NCBI GenBank assembly: GCA_964016885.1
Contig: OZ024740.1
Location: forward strand, 231,074,001-231,138,000
Reading direction: 5' to 3'
DNA length: 64,000 nucleotides
Source: Eledone cirrhosa
Taxonomy: Eukaryota
Below are positions 15,655 to 31,600 of the stretch, one piece after another. The notes under the pieces are model-generated. The model had not been told where the DNA came from, ran no database searches, and saw nothing but the letters and a program-made list of their open reading frames with translations. The first letter of the stretch is position 1. Each line of letters starts with the position of its first letter. The position numbers were made by a program, and so were the translations under genes.

Positions 15655-16639
15655 GCTACTATTACAACCCTACTATAATGGGAGATGTCTCTAGGACTAC
15701 TATTACAACACTACTATAATAGGGGATGTCTCTAGGACTACTATTACAACCCTACTATAATAGGGGATGTCTCTAGGACTACTGTTACAACCCTACTATA
15801 ATGGAGGATATCTCTAGGACTACTGTTACAACCCTACTATAATGGAGGATATCACTAGGACTACTATTACAACCCTACTATAATGGGAAATGTCTCTAGG
15901 ATTACTATTACAACCCTACTATAATGGAGGATGTCTCTAGGACTACTATTACAACCCTACTATAATGGGAGATGTCTATAGGACTACTATTACAACCCTA
16001 CTATAATAGGGGATGTCTCTAGGACTACTATTACAACCCTACTATAATGGGAGATGTCTCTAGGACTACTATTACAACCCTACTATAATGGGGTATGTCT
16101 CTAGGACTACTATTACAACACTACTATAATGGGGGATGTCTCTAGGACTACTATTACAACACTACTATAATGGGGGATGTCTCTAGGTTTACTATTACAA
16201 CCCTACTATAATAGGGGATGTCTCTAGGACTACTATTACTACACTACTATAATGGGAGATGTCTCTAGGACTACTATTACAACCCTACTATAATGGGGTA
16301 TATCTCTAGGGCTACTATTACAACCCTACTATAATGGGGTACGTCTCTAGGGCTACTATTACAGCCCTACTATAATGGGGTACGTCTCTAGGACTACTAT
16401 TACAACCCTACTATAATGGGGTATGTCTCTAGGACTACTATTACAACCCTACTATAATGGGGGATGTCTCTAGGACTATTATTACAACCCTACTATAATG
16501 GGGGATGTCTCTAGGACTACTATTACAACCCTACTATAATGGGGGATGTCTCTAGGGCTACTATTACAACCCTACTATAATAGGGGATGTCTCTAGGACT
16601 ACTATTACAACCCTACTATAATGGGGGATGTCTCTACGA

Positions 16640-19600
16640 CTACTATTACAACCCTACTATAATGGGGGATATCTCTACGACTACTATTACAACACTACTA
16701 TAATAGGGGATGTCTCTAGGACTACTATTACAACACTACTATAATGGGGGATGTCTCTAGGACTACTATTACAACCCTACTATAATAGGGGATGTCTCTA
16801 GGACTACTATTACAACACTACTATAATGGGAGATGTCTCTAGGACTACTATTACAACCCTACTATAATAGGGGATGTCCCTAGACCTACTATTACAACCC
16901 TATTATAATGGGAGATGTCTCTAGGACTACTATTACAACCCTACTATAATGGAGGATGTCTCTAGGACTACTATTACAACCCTACTATAATGGGGTATGT
17001 CTCTAGGGCTACTATTACAACCCTACTATAATGGGAGATGTCTCTAGGACTACTATTACAACCCTACTATAATGGGGGATATCTCTAGGACTACTATTAC
17101 AACCCTACTACAATATGGGATGTCTCTAGGACTACTATTACAACCCTACTATAATGGGAGATGTCTCTAGGACTACTATTACAACACTACTATAATAGCG
17201 GATGTCTCTAGGACTAATATTACAACCCTACTATAATGGGAGATGACTCTAGGACTACTATTACAACCCTACTATAATAGGGGATGTCTCTAGGACTACT
17301 ATTACAACCCTACTATAATGGGGGATGTCTCTAGGACTACTATTACAACCCTACTATAATGGAGGATGTCTCTAGGACTACTATTACAACCCTACTATAA
17401 TAGGGGATGTCTCTAAGACTACTATTACAACCCTACTATAATGGGGTATGTCTCTAGGACTACTATTACAACACTACTATAATGGGGGATGTCTCTAGGA
17501 CTACTATTACAACACTACTATAATGGGGGATGTCTCTAGGATTACTATTACAACCCTACTATAATAGGGGATGACTCTAGGACTACTATTACTACACTAC
17601 TATAATGGGAGATGTCTCTAGGACTACTATTACAACCCTACTATAATAGGGGATGTCTCTAGAACTACTATTACAACCCTACTATAATGGGAGATGTATC
17701 TAGGACTACTATTACAACCCTACTATAATGGAGGATGTCTCTAGGACTATTATTACAACCCTACTATAATGGGGTATATCTCTAGGGCTACTATTACAAC
17801 CCTACTATAATGGGGTATATCTCTAGGGCTACTATTACAACCCTACTATAATGGGGTACGTCTCTAGGGCTACTATTACAGCCCTACTATAATGGGGTAC
17901 GTCTCTAGGACTACTATTACAACCCTACTATAATGGGGTATGTCTCTAGGACTACTATTACAACCCTACTATAATGGGGGATGTCTCTAGGACTATTATT
18001 ACAACCCTACTATAATGGGGGATGTCTCTAGGACTACTATTACAACACTACTATAATGGGAGATGTCTCTAGGGCTACTATTACAACCCTACTATAATGG
18101 AGGATGTCTCTAGGACTACTATTACAACCCTACTATAATAGGGGATGTCTCTAGGACTACTATTACAACCCTACTATAATGGGGGATGTCTCTAGAACTA
18201 CTATTACAACCCTACTATAATGGGGTATATCTCTAGGACTACTATTACAACACTACTATAATAGGGGATGTCTCTAGGACTACTATTACAACCCTACTAT
18301 AATGGGGTATGTCTCTAGGGCTACTATTATAATCCTACTATAATGAGGTATGTCTCTAGGGCTACTATTACAGCCCTACTATAATGGGGGATATCTCTTG
18401 GACTACTGTTACAACCCTACTATAATAGGGGATGTCTCTAGGACTACTATTACAACCCTACTATAATGGGAGATGTCTCTAGGACTACTATTACAACACT
18501 ACTATAATAGGAGATGTCTCTAGGACTACTATTACAACCCTACTATAATGGGAGATGTCTCTAGGACTACTATTACGACCCTACTATAATAGGGGATGTC
18601 TCTAGGACTACTATTACAACCCTACTATAATGGGAGATGTCTCTAGGACTACTATTACAACCCTACTATAATTGGAGATGTCTCTAGGACTACTATTACA
18701 ACCCTACTATAATGGAGGATGTCTCTAGGACTACTATTACAACCCTACTATAATGGGAGATGTCTCTAGGGCTACTATTACAACCCTACTCTAATGGGGG
18801 ATGTCTCTAGGACTACTATTACAACCATACTATAATAGGGGATATCTCTAGGACTACTGTTACAACCCTACTATAATAGGGGATGTCTCTAGGACTACTA
18901 TTACAACCCTACTATAATAGGGGATGTCTCTAGGACTACTATTACAACCCTACTATAATGGGAGATGTCTCTAGGACTACTATTACAACGCTACTATAAT
19001 AGGGGATGTCTCTAAGACTACTATTACAACCATACTATAATAGGGGATATCTCTAGGACTACTGTTACAACCCTACTATAATAGGGCATGTCTCTAGGAC
19101 TACTATTACAACCCTACTATAATAGGGGATGTCTCTAGGACTACTATTACAACCCTACTATAATGGGAGATGTCTCTAGGACTACTGTTACAACCCTACT
19201 ATAATAGGGGATGTCTCTAGGGCTACTATTACAACCCTACTATAATGGGGGATGTCTCTAGGACTACTATTACAACACTACTATAATGGGAGATGTCTCT
19301 AGGACTACTGTTACAACCCTACTATAATAGGGGATGTCTCTAGGGCTACTATTACAACCCTACTATAATGGGGGATGTCTCTAGGACTACAATTACAACC
19401 CTACTATAATAGGGGATGTCTCTAAGACTACTATTACAACCATACTATAATAGGGGATGTCTCTAGGACTACTATTACAACACTACTATAATGGGAGATG
19501 TCTCTAGGACTACTATTACAACCCTACTATAATAGGGGATGTCCCTAGACCTACTATTACAACCCTATTATAATGGGAGATGTCTCTAGGACTACTATTA

Positions 19601-22600
19601 CAACCCTACTATAATGGAGGATGTCTCTAGGACTACTATTACAACCCTACTATAATGGGGTATGTCTCTAGGGCTACTATTACAACCCTACTATAATGGG
19701 AGATGTCTCTAGGACTACTATTACAACCCTACTATAATGGGGGATATCTCTAGGACTACTATTACAACCCTACTACAATATGGGATGTCTCTAGGACTAC
19801 TATTACAACCCTACTATAATGGGAGATGTCTCTAGGACTACTATTACAACACTACTATAATAGCGGATGTCTCTAGGACTAATATTACAACCCTACTATA
19901 ATGGGAGATGACTCTAGGACTACTATTACAACCCTACTATAATAGGGGATGTCTCTAGGACTACTATTACAACCCTACTATAATGGGGGATGTCTCTAGG
20001 ACTACTATTACAACCCTACTATAATGGAGGATGTCTCTAGGACTACTATTACAACCCTACTATAATAGGGGATGTCTCTAAGACTACTATTACAACCCTA
20101 CTATAATGGGGTATGTCTCTAGGACTACTATTACAACACTACTATAATGGGGGATGTCTCTAGGACTACTATTACAACACTACTATAATGGGGGATGTCT
20201 CTAGGATTACTATTACAACCCTACTATAATAGGGGATGACTCTAGGACTACTATTACTACACTACTATAATGGGAGATGTCTCTAGGACTACTATTACAA
20301 CCCTACTATAATAGGGGATGTCTCTAGAACTACTATTACAACCCTACTATAATGGGAGATGTATCTAGGACTACTATTACAACCCTACTATAATGGAGGA
20401 TGTCTCTAGGACTATTATTACAACCCTACTATAATGGGGTATATCTCTAGGGCTACTATTACAACCCTACTATAATGGGGTACGTCTCTAGGGCTACTAT
20501 TACAGCCCTACTATAATGGGGTACGTCTCTAGGACTACTATTACAACCCTACTATAATGGGGGATGTCTCTAGGACTATTATTACAACCCTACTATAATG
20601 GGGGATGTCTCTAGGACTACTATTACAACCCTACTATAATGGGGGATGTCTCTAGGGCTACTATTACAACCCTACTATAATAGGGGATGTCTCTAGGACT
20701 ACTATTACAACCCTACTATAATGGGGGATGTCTCTACGACTACTATTACAACCCTACTATAATGGGGGATATCTCTACGACTACTATTACAACACTACTA
20801 TAATAGGGGATGTCTCTAGGACTACTATTACAACACTACTATAATGGGGGATGTCTCTAGGACTACTATTACAACCCTACTATAATAGGGGATGTCTCTA
20901 GGACTACTATTACAACACTACTATAATGGGAGATGTCTCTAGGACTACTATTACAACCCTACTATAATAGGGGATGTCCCTAGACCTACTATTACAACCC
21001 TATTATAATGGGAGATGTCTCTAGGACTACTATTACAACCCTACTATAATGGAGGATGTCTCTAGGACTACTATTACAACCCTACTATAATGGGGTATGT
21101 CTCTAGGGCTACTATTACAACCCTACTATAATGGGAGATGTCTCTAGGACTACTATTACAACCCTACTATAATGGGGGATATCTCTAGGACTACTATTAC
21201 AACCCTACTACAATATGGGATGTCTCTAGGACTACTATTACAACCCTACTATAATGGGAGATGTCTCTAGGACTACTATTACAACACTACTATAATAGGT
21301 GATGTCTCTAGGACTAATATTACAACCCTACTATAATGGGAGATGACTCTAGGACTACTATTACAACCCTACTATAATAGGGGATGTCTCTAGGACTACT
21401 ATTACAACCCTACTATAATGGGGGATGTCTCTAGGACTACTATTACAACCCTACTATAATGGAGGATGTCTCTAGGACTACTATTACAACCCTACTATAA
21501 TAGGGGATGTCTCTAAGACTACTATTACAACCCTACTATAATGGGGTATGTCTCTAGGACTACTATTACAACACTACTATAATGGGGGATGTCTCTAGGA
21601 CTACTATTACAACACTACTATAATGGGGGATGTCTCTAGGATTACTATTACAACCCTACTATAATAGGGGATGACTCTAGGACTACTATTACTACACTAC
21701 TATAATGGGAGATGTCTCTAGGACTACTATTACAACCCTACTATAATAGGGGATGTCTCTAGAACTACTATTACAACCCTACTATAATGGGAGATGTATC
21801 TAGGACTACTATTACAACCCTACTATAATGGAGGATGTCTCTAGGACTACTATTACAACCCTACTATAATGGGGTATGTCTCTAGGGCTACTATTACAAC
21901 ACTACTATAATGGGAGATGTCTCTAAGACTACTATTACAACCCTACTATAATGGGAGATGTCTCTAGGACTACTATTACAACCCTACTATAATGGGAGAT
22001 GTCTCTAGGGCTACTATTACAACCCTACTATAATGGAGGATGTCTCTAGGACTACTATTACAACCCTACTATAATAGGGGATGTCTCTAGGACTACTATT
22101 ACAACCCTACTATAATGGGGGATGTCTCTAGAACTACTATTACAACCCTACTATAATGGGGTATATCTCTAGGACTACTATTACAACACTACTATAATAG
22201 GGGATGTCTCTAGGACTACTATTACAACCCTACTATAATGGGGTATGTCTCTAGGGCTACTATTATAATCCTACTATAATGAGGTATGTCTCTAGGGCTA
22301 CTATTACAGCCCTACTATAATGGGGGATATCTCTTGGACTACTGTTACAACCCTACTATAATAGGGGATGTCTCTAGGACTACTATTACAACCCTACTAT
22401 AATGGGAGATGTCTCTAGGACTACTATTACAACACTACTATAATAGGAGATGTCTCTAGGACTACTATTACAACCCTACTATAATGGGAGATGTCTCTAG
22501 GACTACTATTACAACCCTACTATAATAGGGGATGTCTCTAGGACTACTATTACAACCCTACTATAATGGGAGATGTCTCTAGGACTACTATTACAACCCT

Positions 22601-25600
22601 ACTATAATAGGAGATGTCTCTAGGACTACTATTACAACCCTACTATAATGGAGGATGTCTCTAGGACTACTATTACAACCCTACTATAATGGGAGATGTC
22701 TCTAGGGCTACTATTACAACCCTACTCTAATGGGGGATGTCTCTAGGACTACTATTACAACCCTACTATAATGGGAGATGTCTCTAGGACTATTATTACA
22801 ACCCTACTATAATAGGGGATGTCTCTAGGACTACTATTACAACCCTACTATAATTGGAGATGTCTCTAGGACTACTATTACAACCCTACTATAACGGAGG
22901 ATGTCTCTAGGACTACTATTACAACCCTACTATAATAGGGGATGTCTCTAGGACTACTATTACAACCCTACTATAATGGGAGATGTCTCTAGGACTACTA
23001 TTACAACCCTACTATAATAGGGGATGTCTCTAGGACTACTATTAGAACCCTACTATAATAGGGGATGTCTCTAGGACTACTGTTACAACCCTACTATAAT
23101 GGAGGATATCTCTAGGACTACTGTTACAACCCTACTATAATAGGGGATGTCTCTAGGACTACTATTACAACCCTACTATAATAGGGGATGTCTCTAGGAC
23201 TACTATTACAACCCTACTATAATGGGAGATGTCTCTAGGACTACTATTACAACCCTACTATAATAGGGGATGTCTCTAAGACTACTATTACAACCATACT
23301 ATAATAGGGGATATCTCTAGGACTACTGTTACAACCCTACTATAATAGGGCATGTCTCTAGGACTACTATTACAACCCTACTATAATAGGGGATGTCTCT
23401 AGGACTACTATTACAACCATACTATAATAGGGGATATCTCTAGGACTACTGTTACAACCCTACTATAATAGGGCATGTCTCTAGGACTACTATTACAACC
23501 CTACTATAATAGGGGATGTCTCTAGGACTACTATTACAACCCTACTATAATGGGAGATGTCTCTAGGACTACTGTTACAACCCTACTATAATAGGGGATG
23601 TCTCTAGGGCTACTATTACAACCCTACTATAATGGGGGATGTCTCTAGGACTACTATTACAACCCTACTATAATGGGAGATGTCTCTAGGACTACTGTTA
23701 CAACCCTACTATAATAGGGGATGTCTCTAGGGCTACTATTACAACCCTACTATAATGGGGGATGTCTCTAGGACTACAATTACAACCCTACTATAATAGG
23801 GGATGTCTCTAAGACTACTATTACAACCATACTATAATAGGGGATGTCTCTAGGACTACTATTACAACACTACTATAATGGGAGATGTCTCTAGGACTAC
23901 TATTACAACCCTACTATAATAGGGGATGTCCCTAGACCTACTATTACAACCCTATTATAATGGGAGATGTCTCTAGGACTACTATTACAACCCTACTATA
24001 ATGGAGGATGTCTCTAGGACTACTATTACAACCCTACTATAATGGGGTATGTCTCTAGGGCTACTATTACAACCCTACTATAATGGGAGATGTCTCTAGG
24101 ACTACTATTACAACCCTACTATAATGGGGGATATCTCTAGGACTACTATTACAACCCTACTACAATATGGGATGTCTCTAGGACTACTATTACAACCCTA
24201 CTATAATGGGAGATGTCTCTAGGACTACTATTACAACACTACTATAATAGCGGATGTCTCTAGGACTAATATTACAACACTACTATAATGGGAGATGACT
24301 CTAGGACTACTATTACAACCCTACTATAATAGGGGATGTCTCTAGGACTACTATTACAACCCTACTATAATGGGGGATGTCTCTAGGACTACTATTACAA
24401 CCCTACTATAATGGAGGATGTCTCTAGGACTACTATTACAACCCTACTATAATAGGGGATGTCTCTAAGACTACTATTACAACCCTACTATAATGGGGTA
24501 TGTCTCTAGGACTACTATTACAACACTACTATAATGGGGGATGTCTCTAGGACTACTATTACAACACTACTATAATGGGGGATGTCTCTAGGATTACTAT
24601 TACAACCCTACTATAATAGGGGATGACTCTAGGACTACTATTACTACACTACTATAATGGGAGATGTCTCTAGGACTACTATTACAACCCTACTATAATA
24701 GGGGATGTCTCTAGAACTACTATTACAACCCTACTATAATGGGAGATGTATCTAGGACTACTATTACAACCCTACTATAATGGAGGATGTCTCTAGGACT
24801 ATTATTACAACCCTACTATAATGGGGTATATCTCTAGGGCTACTATTACAACCCTACTATAATGGGGTACGTCTCTAGGGCTACTATTACAGCCCTACTA
24901 TAATGGGGTACGTCTCTAGGACTACTATTACAACCCTACTATAATGGGGGATGTCTCTAGGACTATTATTACAACCCTACTATAATGGGGGATGTCTCTA
25001 GGACTACTATTACAACCCTACTATAATGGGGGATGTCTCTAGGGCTACTATTACAACCCTACTATAATAGGGGATGTCTCTAGGACTACTATTACAACCC
25101 TACTATAATGGGGGATGTCTCTACGACTACTATTACAACCCTACTATAATGGGGGATATCTCTACGACTACTATTACAACACTACTATAATAGGGGATGT
25201 CTCTAGGACTACTATTACAACACTACTATAATGGGGGATGTCTCTAGGACTACTATTACAACCCTACTATAATAGGGGATGTCTCTAGGACTACTATTAC
25301 AACACTACTATAATGGGAGATGTCTCTAGGACTACTATTACAACCCTACTATAATAGGGGATGTCCCTAGACCTACTATTACAACCCTATTATAATGGGA
25401 GATGTCTCTAGGACTACTATTACAACCCTACTATAATGGAGGATGTCTCTAGGACTACTATTACAACCCTACTATAATGGGGTATGTCTCTAGGGCTACT
25501 ATTACAACCCTACTATAATGGGAGATGTCTCTAGGACTACTATTACAACCCTACTATAATGGGGGATATCTCTAGGACTACTATTACAACCCTACTACAA

Positions 25601-28600
25601 TATGGGATGTCTCTAGGACTACTATTACAACCCTACTATAATGGGAGATGTCTCTAGGACTACTATTACAACACTACTATAATAGGTGATGTCTCTAGGA
25701 CTAATATTACAACCCTACTATAATGGGAGATGACTCTAGGACTACTATTACAACCCTACTATAATAGGGGATGTCTCTAGGACTACTATTACAACCCTAC
25801 TATAATGGGGGATGTCTCTAGGACTACTATTACAACCCTACTATAATGGAGGATGTCTCTAGGACTACTATTACAACCCTACTATAATAGGGGATGTCTC
25901 TAAGACTACTATTACAACCCTACTATAATGGGGTATGTCTCTAGGACTACTATTACAACACTACTATAATGGGGGATGTCTCTAGGACTACTATTACAAC
26001 ACTACTATAATGGGGGATGTCTCTAGGATTACTATTACAACCCTACTATAATAGGGGATGACTCTAGGACTACTATTACTACACTACTATAATGGGAGAT
26101 GTCTCTAGGACTACTATTACAACCCTACTATAATAGGGGATGTCTCTAGAACTACTATTACAACCCTACTATAATGGGAGATGTATCTAGGACTACTATT
26201 ACAACCCTACTATAATGGAGGATGTCTCTAGGACTACTATTACAACCCTACTATAATGGGGTATGTCTCTAGGGCTACTATTACAACACTACTATAATGG
26301 GAGATGTCTCTAAGACTACTATTACAACCCTACTATAATGGGAGATGTCTCTAGGACTACTATTACAACCCTACTATAATGGGAGATGTCTCTAGGGCTA
26401 CTATTACAACCCTACTATAATGGAGGATGTCTCTAGGACTACTATTACAACCCTACTATAATAGGGGATGTCTCTAGGACTACTATTACAACCCTACTAT
26501 AATGGGGGATGTCTCTAGAACTACTATTACAACCCTACTATAATGGGGTATATCTCTAGGACTACTATTACAACACTACTATAATAGGGGATGTCTCTAG
26601 GACTACTATTACAACCCTACTATAATGGGGTATGTCTCTAGGGCTACTATTATAATCCTACTATAATGAGGTATGTCTCTAGGGCTACTATTACAGCCCT
26701 ACTATAATGGGGGATATCTCTTGGACTACTGTTACAACCCTACTATAATAGGGGATGTCTCTAGGACTACTATTACAACCCTACTATAATGGGAGATGTC
26801 TCTAGGACTACTATTACAACACTACTATAATAGGAGATGTCTCTAGGACTACTATTACAACCCTACTATAATGGGAGATGTCTCTAGGACTACTATTACA
26901 ACCCTACTATAATAGGGGATGTCTCTAGGACTACTATTACAACCCTACTATAATGGGGGATATCTCTACGACTACTATTACAACACTACTATAATAGGGG
27001 ATGTCTCTAGGACTACTATTACAACACTACTATAATGGGGGATGTCTCTAGGACTACTATTACAACCCTACTATAATAGGGGATGTCTCTAGGACTACTA
27101 TTACAACACTACTATAATGGGAGATGTCTCTAGGACTACTATTACAACCCTACTATAATAGGGGATGTCCCTAGACCTACTATTACAACCCTATTATAAT
27201 GGGAGATGTCTCTAGGACTACTATTACAACCCTACTATAATGGAGGATGTCTCTAGGACTACTATTACAACCCTACTATAATGGGGTATGTCTCTAGGGC
27301 TACTATTACAACCCTACTATAATGGGAGATGTCTCTAGGACTACTATTACAACCCTACTATAATGGGGGATATCTCTAGGACTACTATTACAACCCTACT
27401 ACAATATGGGATGTCTCTAGGACTACTATTACAACCCTACTATAATGGGAGATGTCTCTAGGACTACTATTACAACACTACTATAATAGCGGATGTCTCT
27501 AGGACTAATATTACAACCCTACTATAATGGGAGATGACTCTAGGACTACTATTACAACCCTACTATAATAGGGGATGTCTCTAGGACTACTATTACAACC
27601 CTACTATAATGGGGGATGTCTCTAGGACTACTATTACAACCCTACTATAATGGAGGATGTCTCTAGGACTACTATTACAACCCTACTATAATAGGGGATG
27701 TCTCTAAGACTACTATTACAACCCTACTATAATGGGGTATGTCTCTAGGACTACTATTACAACACTACTATAATGGGGGATGTCTCTAGGACTACTATTA
27801 CAACACTACTATAATGGGGGATGTCTCTAGGATTACTATTACAACCCTACTATAATAGGGGATGACTCTAGGACTACTATTACTACACTACTATAATGGG
27901 AGATGTCTCTAGGACTACTATTACAACCCTACTATAATAGGGGATGTCTCTAGAACTACTATTACAACCCTACTATAATGGGAGATGTATCTAGGACTAC
28001 TATTACAACCCTACTATAATGGAGGATGTCTCTAGGACTATTATTACAACCCTACTATAATGGGGTATATCTCTAGGGCTACTATTACAACCCTACTATA
28101 ATGGGGTATATCTCTAGGGCTACTATTACAACCCTACTATAATGGGGTACGTCTCTAGGGCTACTATTACAGCCCTACTATAATGGGGTACGTCTCTAGG
28201 ACTACTATTACAACCCTACTATAATGGGGTATGTCTCTAGGACTACTATTACAACCCTACTATAATGGGGGATGTCTCTAGGACTATTATTACAACCCTA
28301 CTATAATGGGGGATGTCTCTAGGACTACTATTACAACACTACTATAATGGGAGATGTCTCTAGGGCTACTATTACAACCCTACTATAATGGAGGATGTCT
28401 CTAGGACTACTATTACAACCCTACTATAATAGGGGATGTCTCTAGGACTACTATTACAACCCTACTATAATGGGGGATGTCTCTAGAACTACTATTACAA
28501 CCCTACTATAATGGGGTATATCTCTAGGACTACTATTACAACACTACTATAATAGGGGATGTCTCTAGGACTACTATTACAACCCTACTATAATGGGGTA

Positions 28601-31600
28601 TGTCTCTAGGGCTACTATTATAATCCTACTATAATGAGGTATGTCTCTAGGGCTACTATTACAGCCCTACTATAATGGGGGATATCTCTTGGACTACTGT
28701 TACAACCCTACTATAATAGGGGATGTCTCTAGGACTACTATTACAACCCTACTATAATGGGAGATGTCTCTAGGACTACTATTACAACACTACTATAATA
28801 GGAGATGTCTCTAGGACTACTATTACAACCCTACTATAATGGGAGATGTCTCTAGGACTACTATTACGACCCTACTATAATAGGGGATGTCTCTAGGACT
28901 ACTATTACAACCCTACTATAATGGGAGATGTCTCTAGGACTACTATTACAACCCTACTATAATTGGAGATGTCTCTAGGACTACTATTACAACCCTACTA
29001 TAATGGAGGATGTCTCTAGGACTACTATTACAACCCTACTATAATGGGAGATGTCTCTAGGGCTACTATTACAACCCTACTCTAATGGGGGATGTCTCTA
29101 GGACTACTATTACAACCATACTATAATAGGGGATATCTCTAGGACTACTGTTACAACCCTACTATAATAGGGGATGTCTCTAGGACTACTATTACAACCC
29201 TACTATAATAGGGGATGTCTCTAGGACTACTATTACAACCCTACTATAATGGGAGATGTCTCTAGGACTACTATTACAACGCTACTATAATAGGGGATGT
29301 CTCTAAGACTACTATTACAACCATACTATAATAGGGGATATCTCTAGGACTACTGTTACAACCCTACTATAATAGGGCATGTCTCTAGGACTACTATTAC
29401 AACCCTACTATAATAGGGGATGTCTCTAGGACTACTATTACAACCCTACTATAATGGGAGATGTCTCTAGGACTACTGTTACAACCCTACTATAATAGGG
29501 GATGTCTCTAGGGCTACTATTACAACCCTACTATAATGGGGGATGTCTCTAGGACTACTATTACAACACTACTATAATGGGAGATGTCTCTAGGACTACT
29601 GTTACAACCCTACTATAATAGGGGATGTCTCTAGGGCTACTATTACAACCCTACTATAATGGGGGATGTCTCTAGGACTACAATTACAACCCTACTATAA
29701 TAGGGGATGTCTCTAAGACTACTATTACAACCATACTATAATAGGGGATGTCTCTAGGACTACTATTACAACACTACTATAATGGGAGATGTCTCTAGGA
29801 CTACTATTACAACCCTACTATAATAGGGGATGTCCCTAGACCTACTATTACAACCCTATTATAATGGGAGATGTCTCTAGGACTACTATTACAACCCTAC
29901 TATAATGGAGGATGTCTCTAGGACTACTATTACAACCCTACTATAATGGGAGATGTCTCTAGGACTACTATTACAACACTACTATAATAGCGGATGTCTC
30001 TAGGACTAATATTACAACCCTACTATAATGGGAGATGACTCTAGGACTACTATTACAACCCTACTATAATAGGGGATGTCTCTAGGACTACTATTACAAC
30101 CCTACTATAATGGGGGATGTCTCTAGGACTACTATTACAACCCTACTATAATGGAGGATGTCTCTAGGACTACTATTACAACCCTACTATAATAGGGGAT
30201 GTCTCTAAGACTACTATTACAACCCTACTATAATGGGGTATGTCTCTAGGACTACTATTACAACACTACTATAATGGGGGATGTCTCTAGGACTACTATT
30301 ACAACACTACTATAATGGGGGATGTCTCTAGGATTACTATTACAACCCTACTATAATAGGGGATGACTCTAGGACTACTATTACTACACTACTATAATGG
30401 GAGATGTCTCTAGGACTACTATTACAACCCTACTATAATAGGGGATGTCTCTAGAACTACTATTACAACCCTACTATAATGGGAGATGTATCTAGGACTA
30501 CTATTACAACCCTACTATAATGGAGGATGTCTCTAGGACTATTATTACAACCCTACTATAATGGGGTATATCTCTAGGGCTACTATTACAACCCTACTAT
30601 AATGGGGTACGTCTCTAGGGCTACTATTACAGCCCTACTATAATGGGGTACGTCTCTAGGACTACTATTACAACCCTACTATAATGGGGGATGTCTCTAG
30701 GACTATTATTACAACCCTACTATAATGGGGGATGTCTCTAGGACTACTATTACAACCCTACTATAATGGGGGATGTCTCTAGGGCTACTATTACAACCCT
30801 ACTATAATAGGGGATGTCTCTAGGACTACTATTACAACCCTACTATAATGGGGGATGTCTCTACGACTACTATTACAACCCTACTATAATGGGGGATATC
30901 TCTACGACTACTATTACAACACTACTATAATAGGGGATGTCTCTAGGACTACTATTACAACACTACTATAATGGGGGATGTCTCTAGGACTACTATTACA
31001 ACCCTACTATAATAGGGGATGTCTCTAGGACTACTATTACAACACTACTATAATGGGAGATGTCTCTAGGACTACTATTACAACCCTACTATAATAGGGG
31101 ATGTCCCTAGACCTACTATTACAACCCTATTATAATGGGAGATGTCTCTAGGACTACTATTACAACCCTACTATAATGGAGGATGTCTCTAGGACTACTA
31201 TTACAACCCTACTATAATGGGGTATGTCTCTAGGGCTACTATTACAACCCTACTATAATGGGAGATGTCTCTAGGACTACTATTACAACCCTACTATAAT
31301 GGGGGATATCTCTAGGACTACTATTACAACCCTACTACAATATGGGATGTCTCTAGGACTACTATTACAACCCTACTATAATGGGAGATGTCTCTAGGAC
31401 TACTATTACAACACTACTATAATAGGTGATGTCTCTAGGACTAATATTACAACCCTACTATAATGGGAGATGACTCTAGGACTACTATTACAACCCTACT
31501 ATAATAGGGGATGTCTCTAGGACTACTATTACAACCCTACTATAATGGGGGATGTCTCTAGGACTACTATTACAACCCTACTATAATGGAGGATGTCTCT

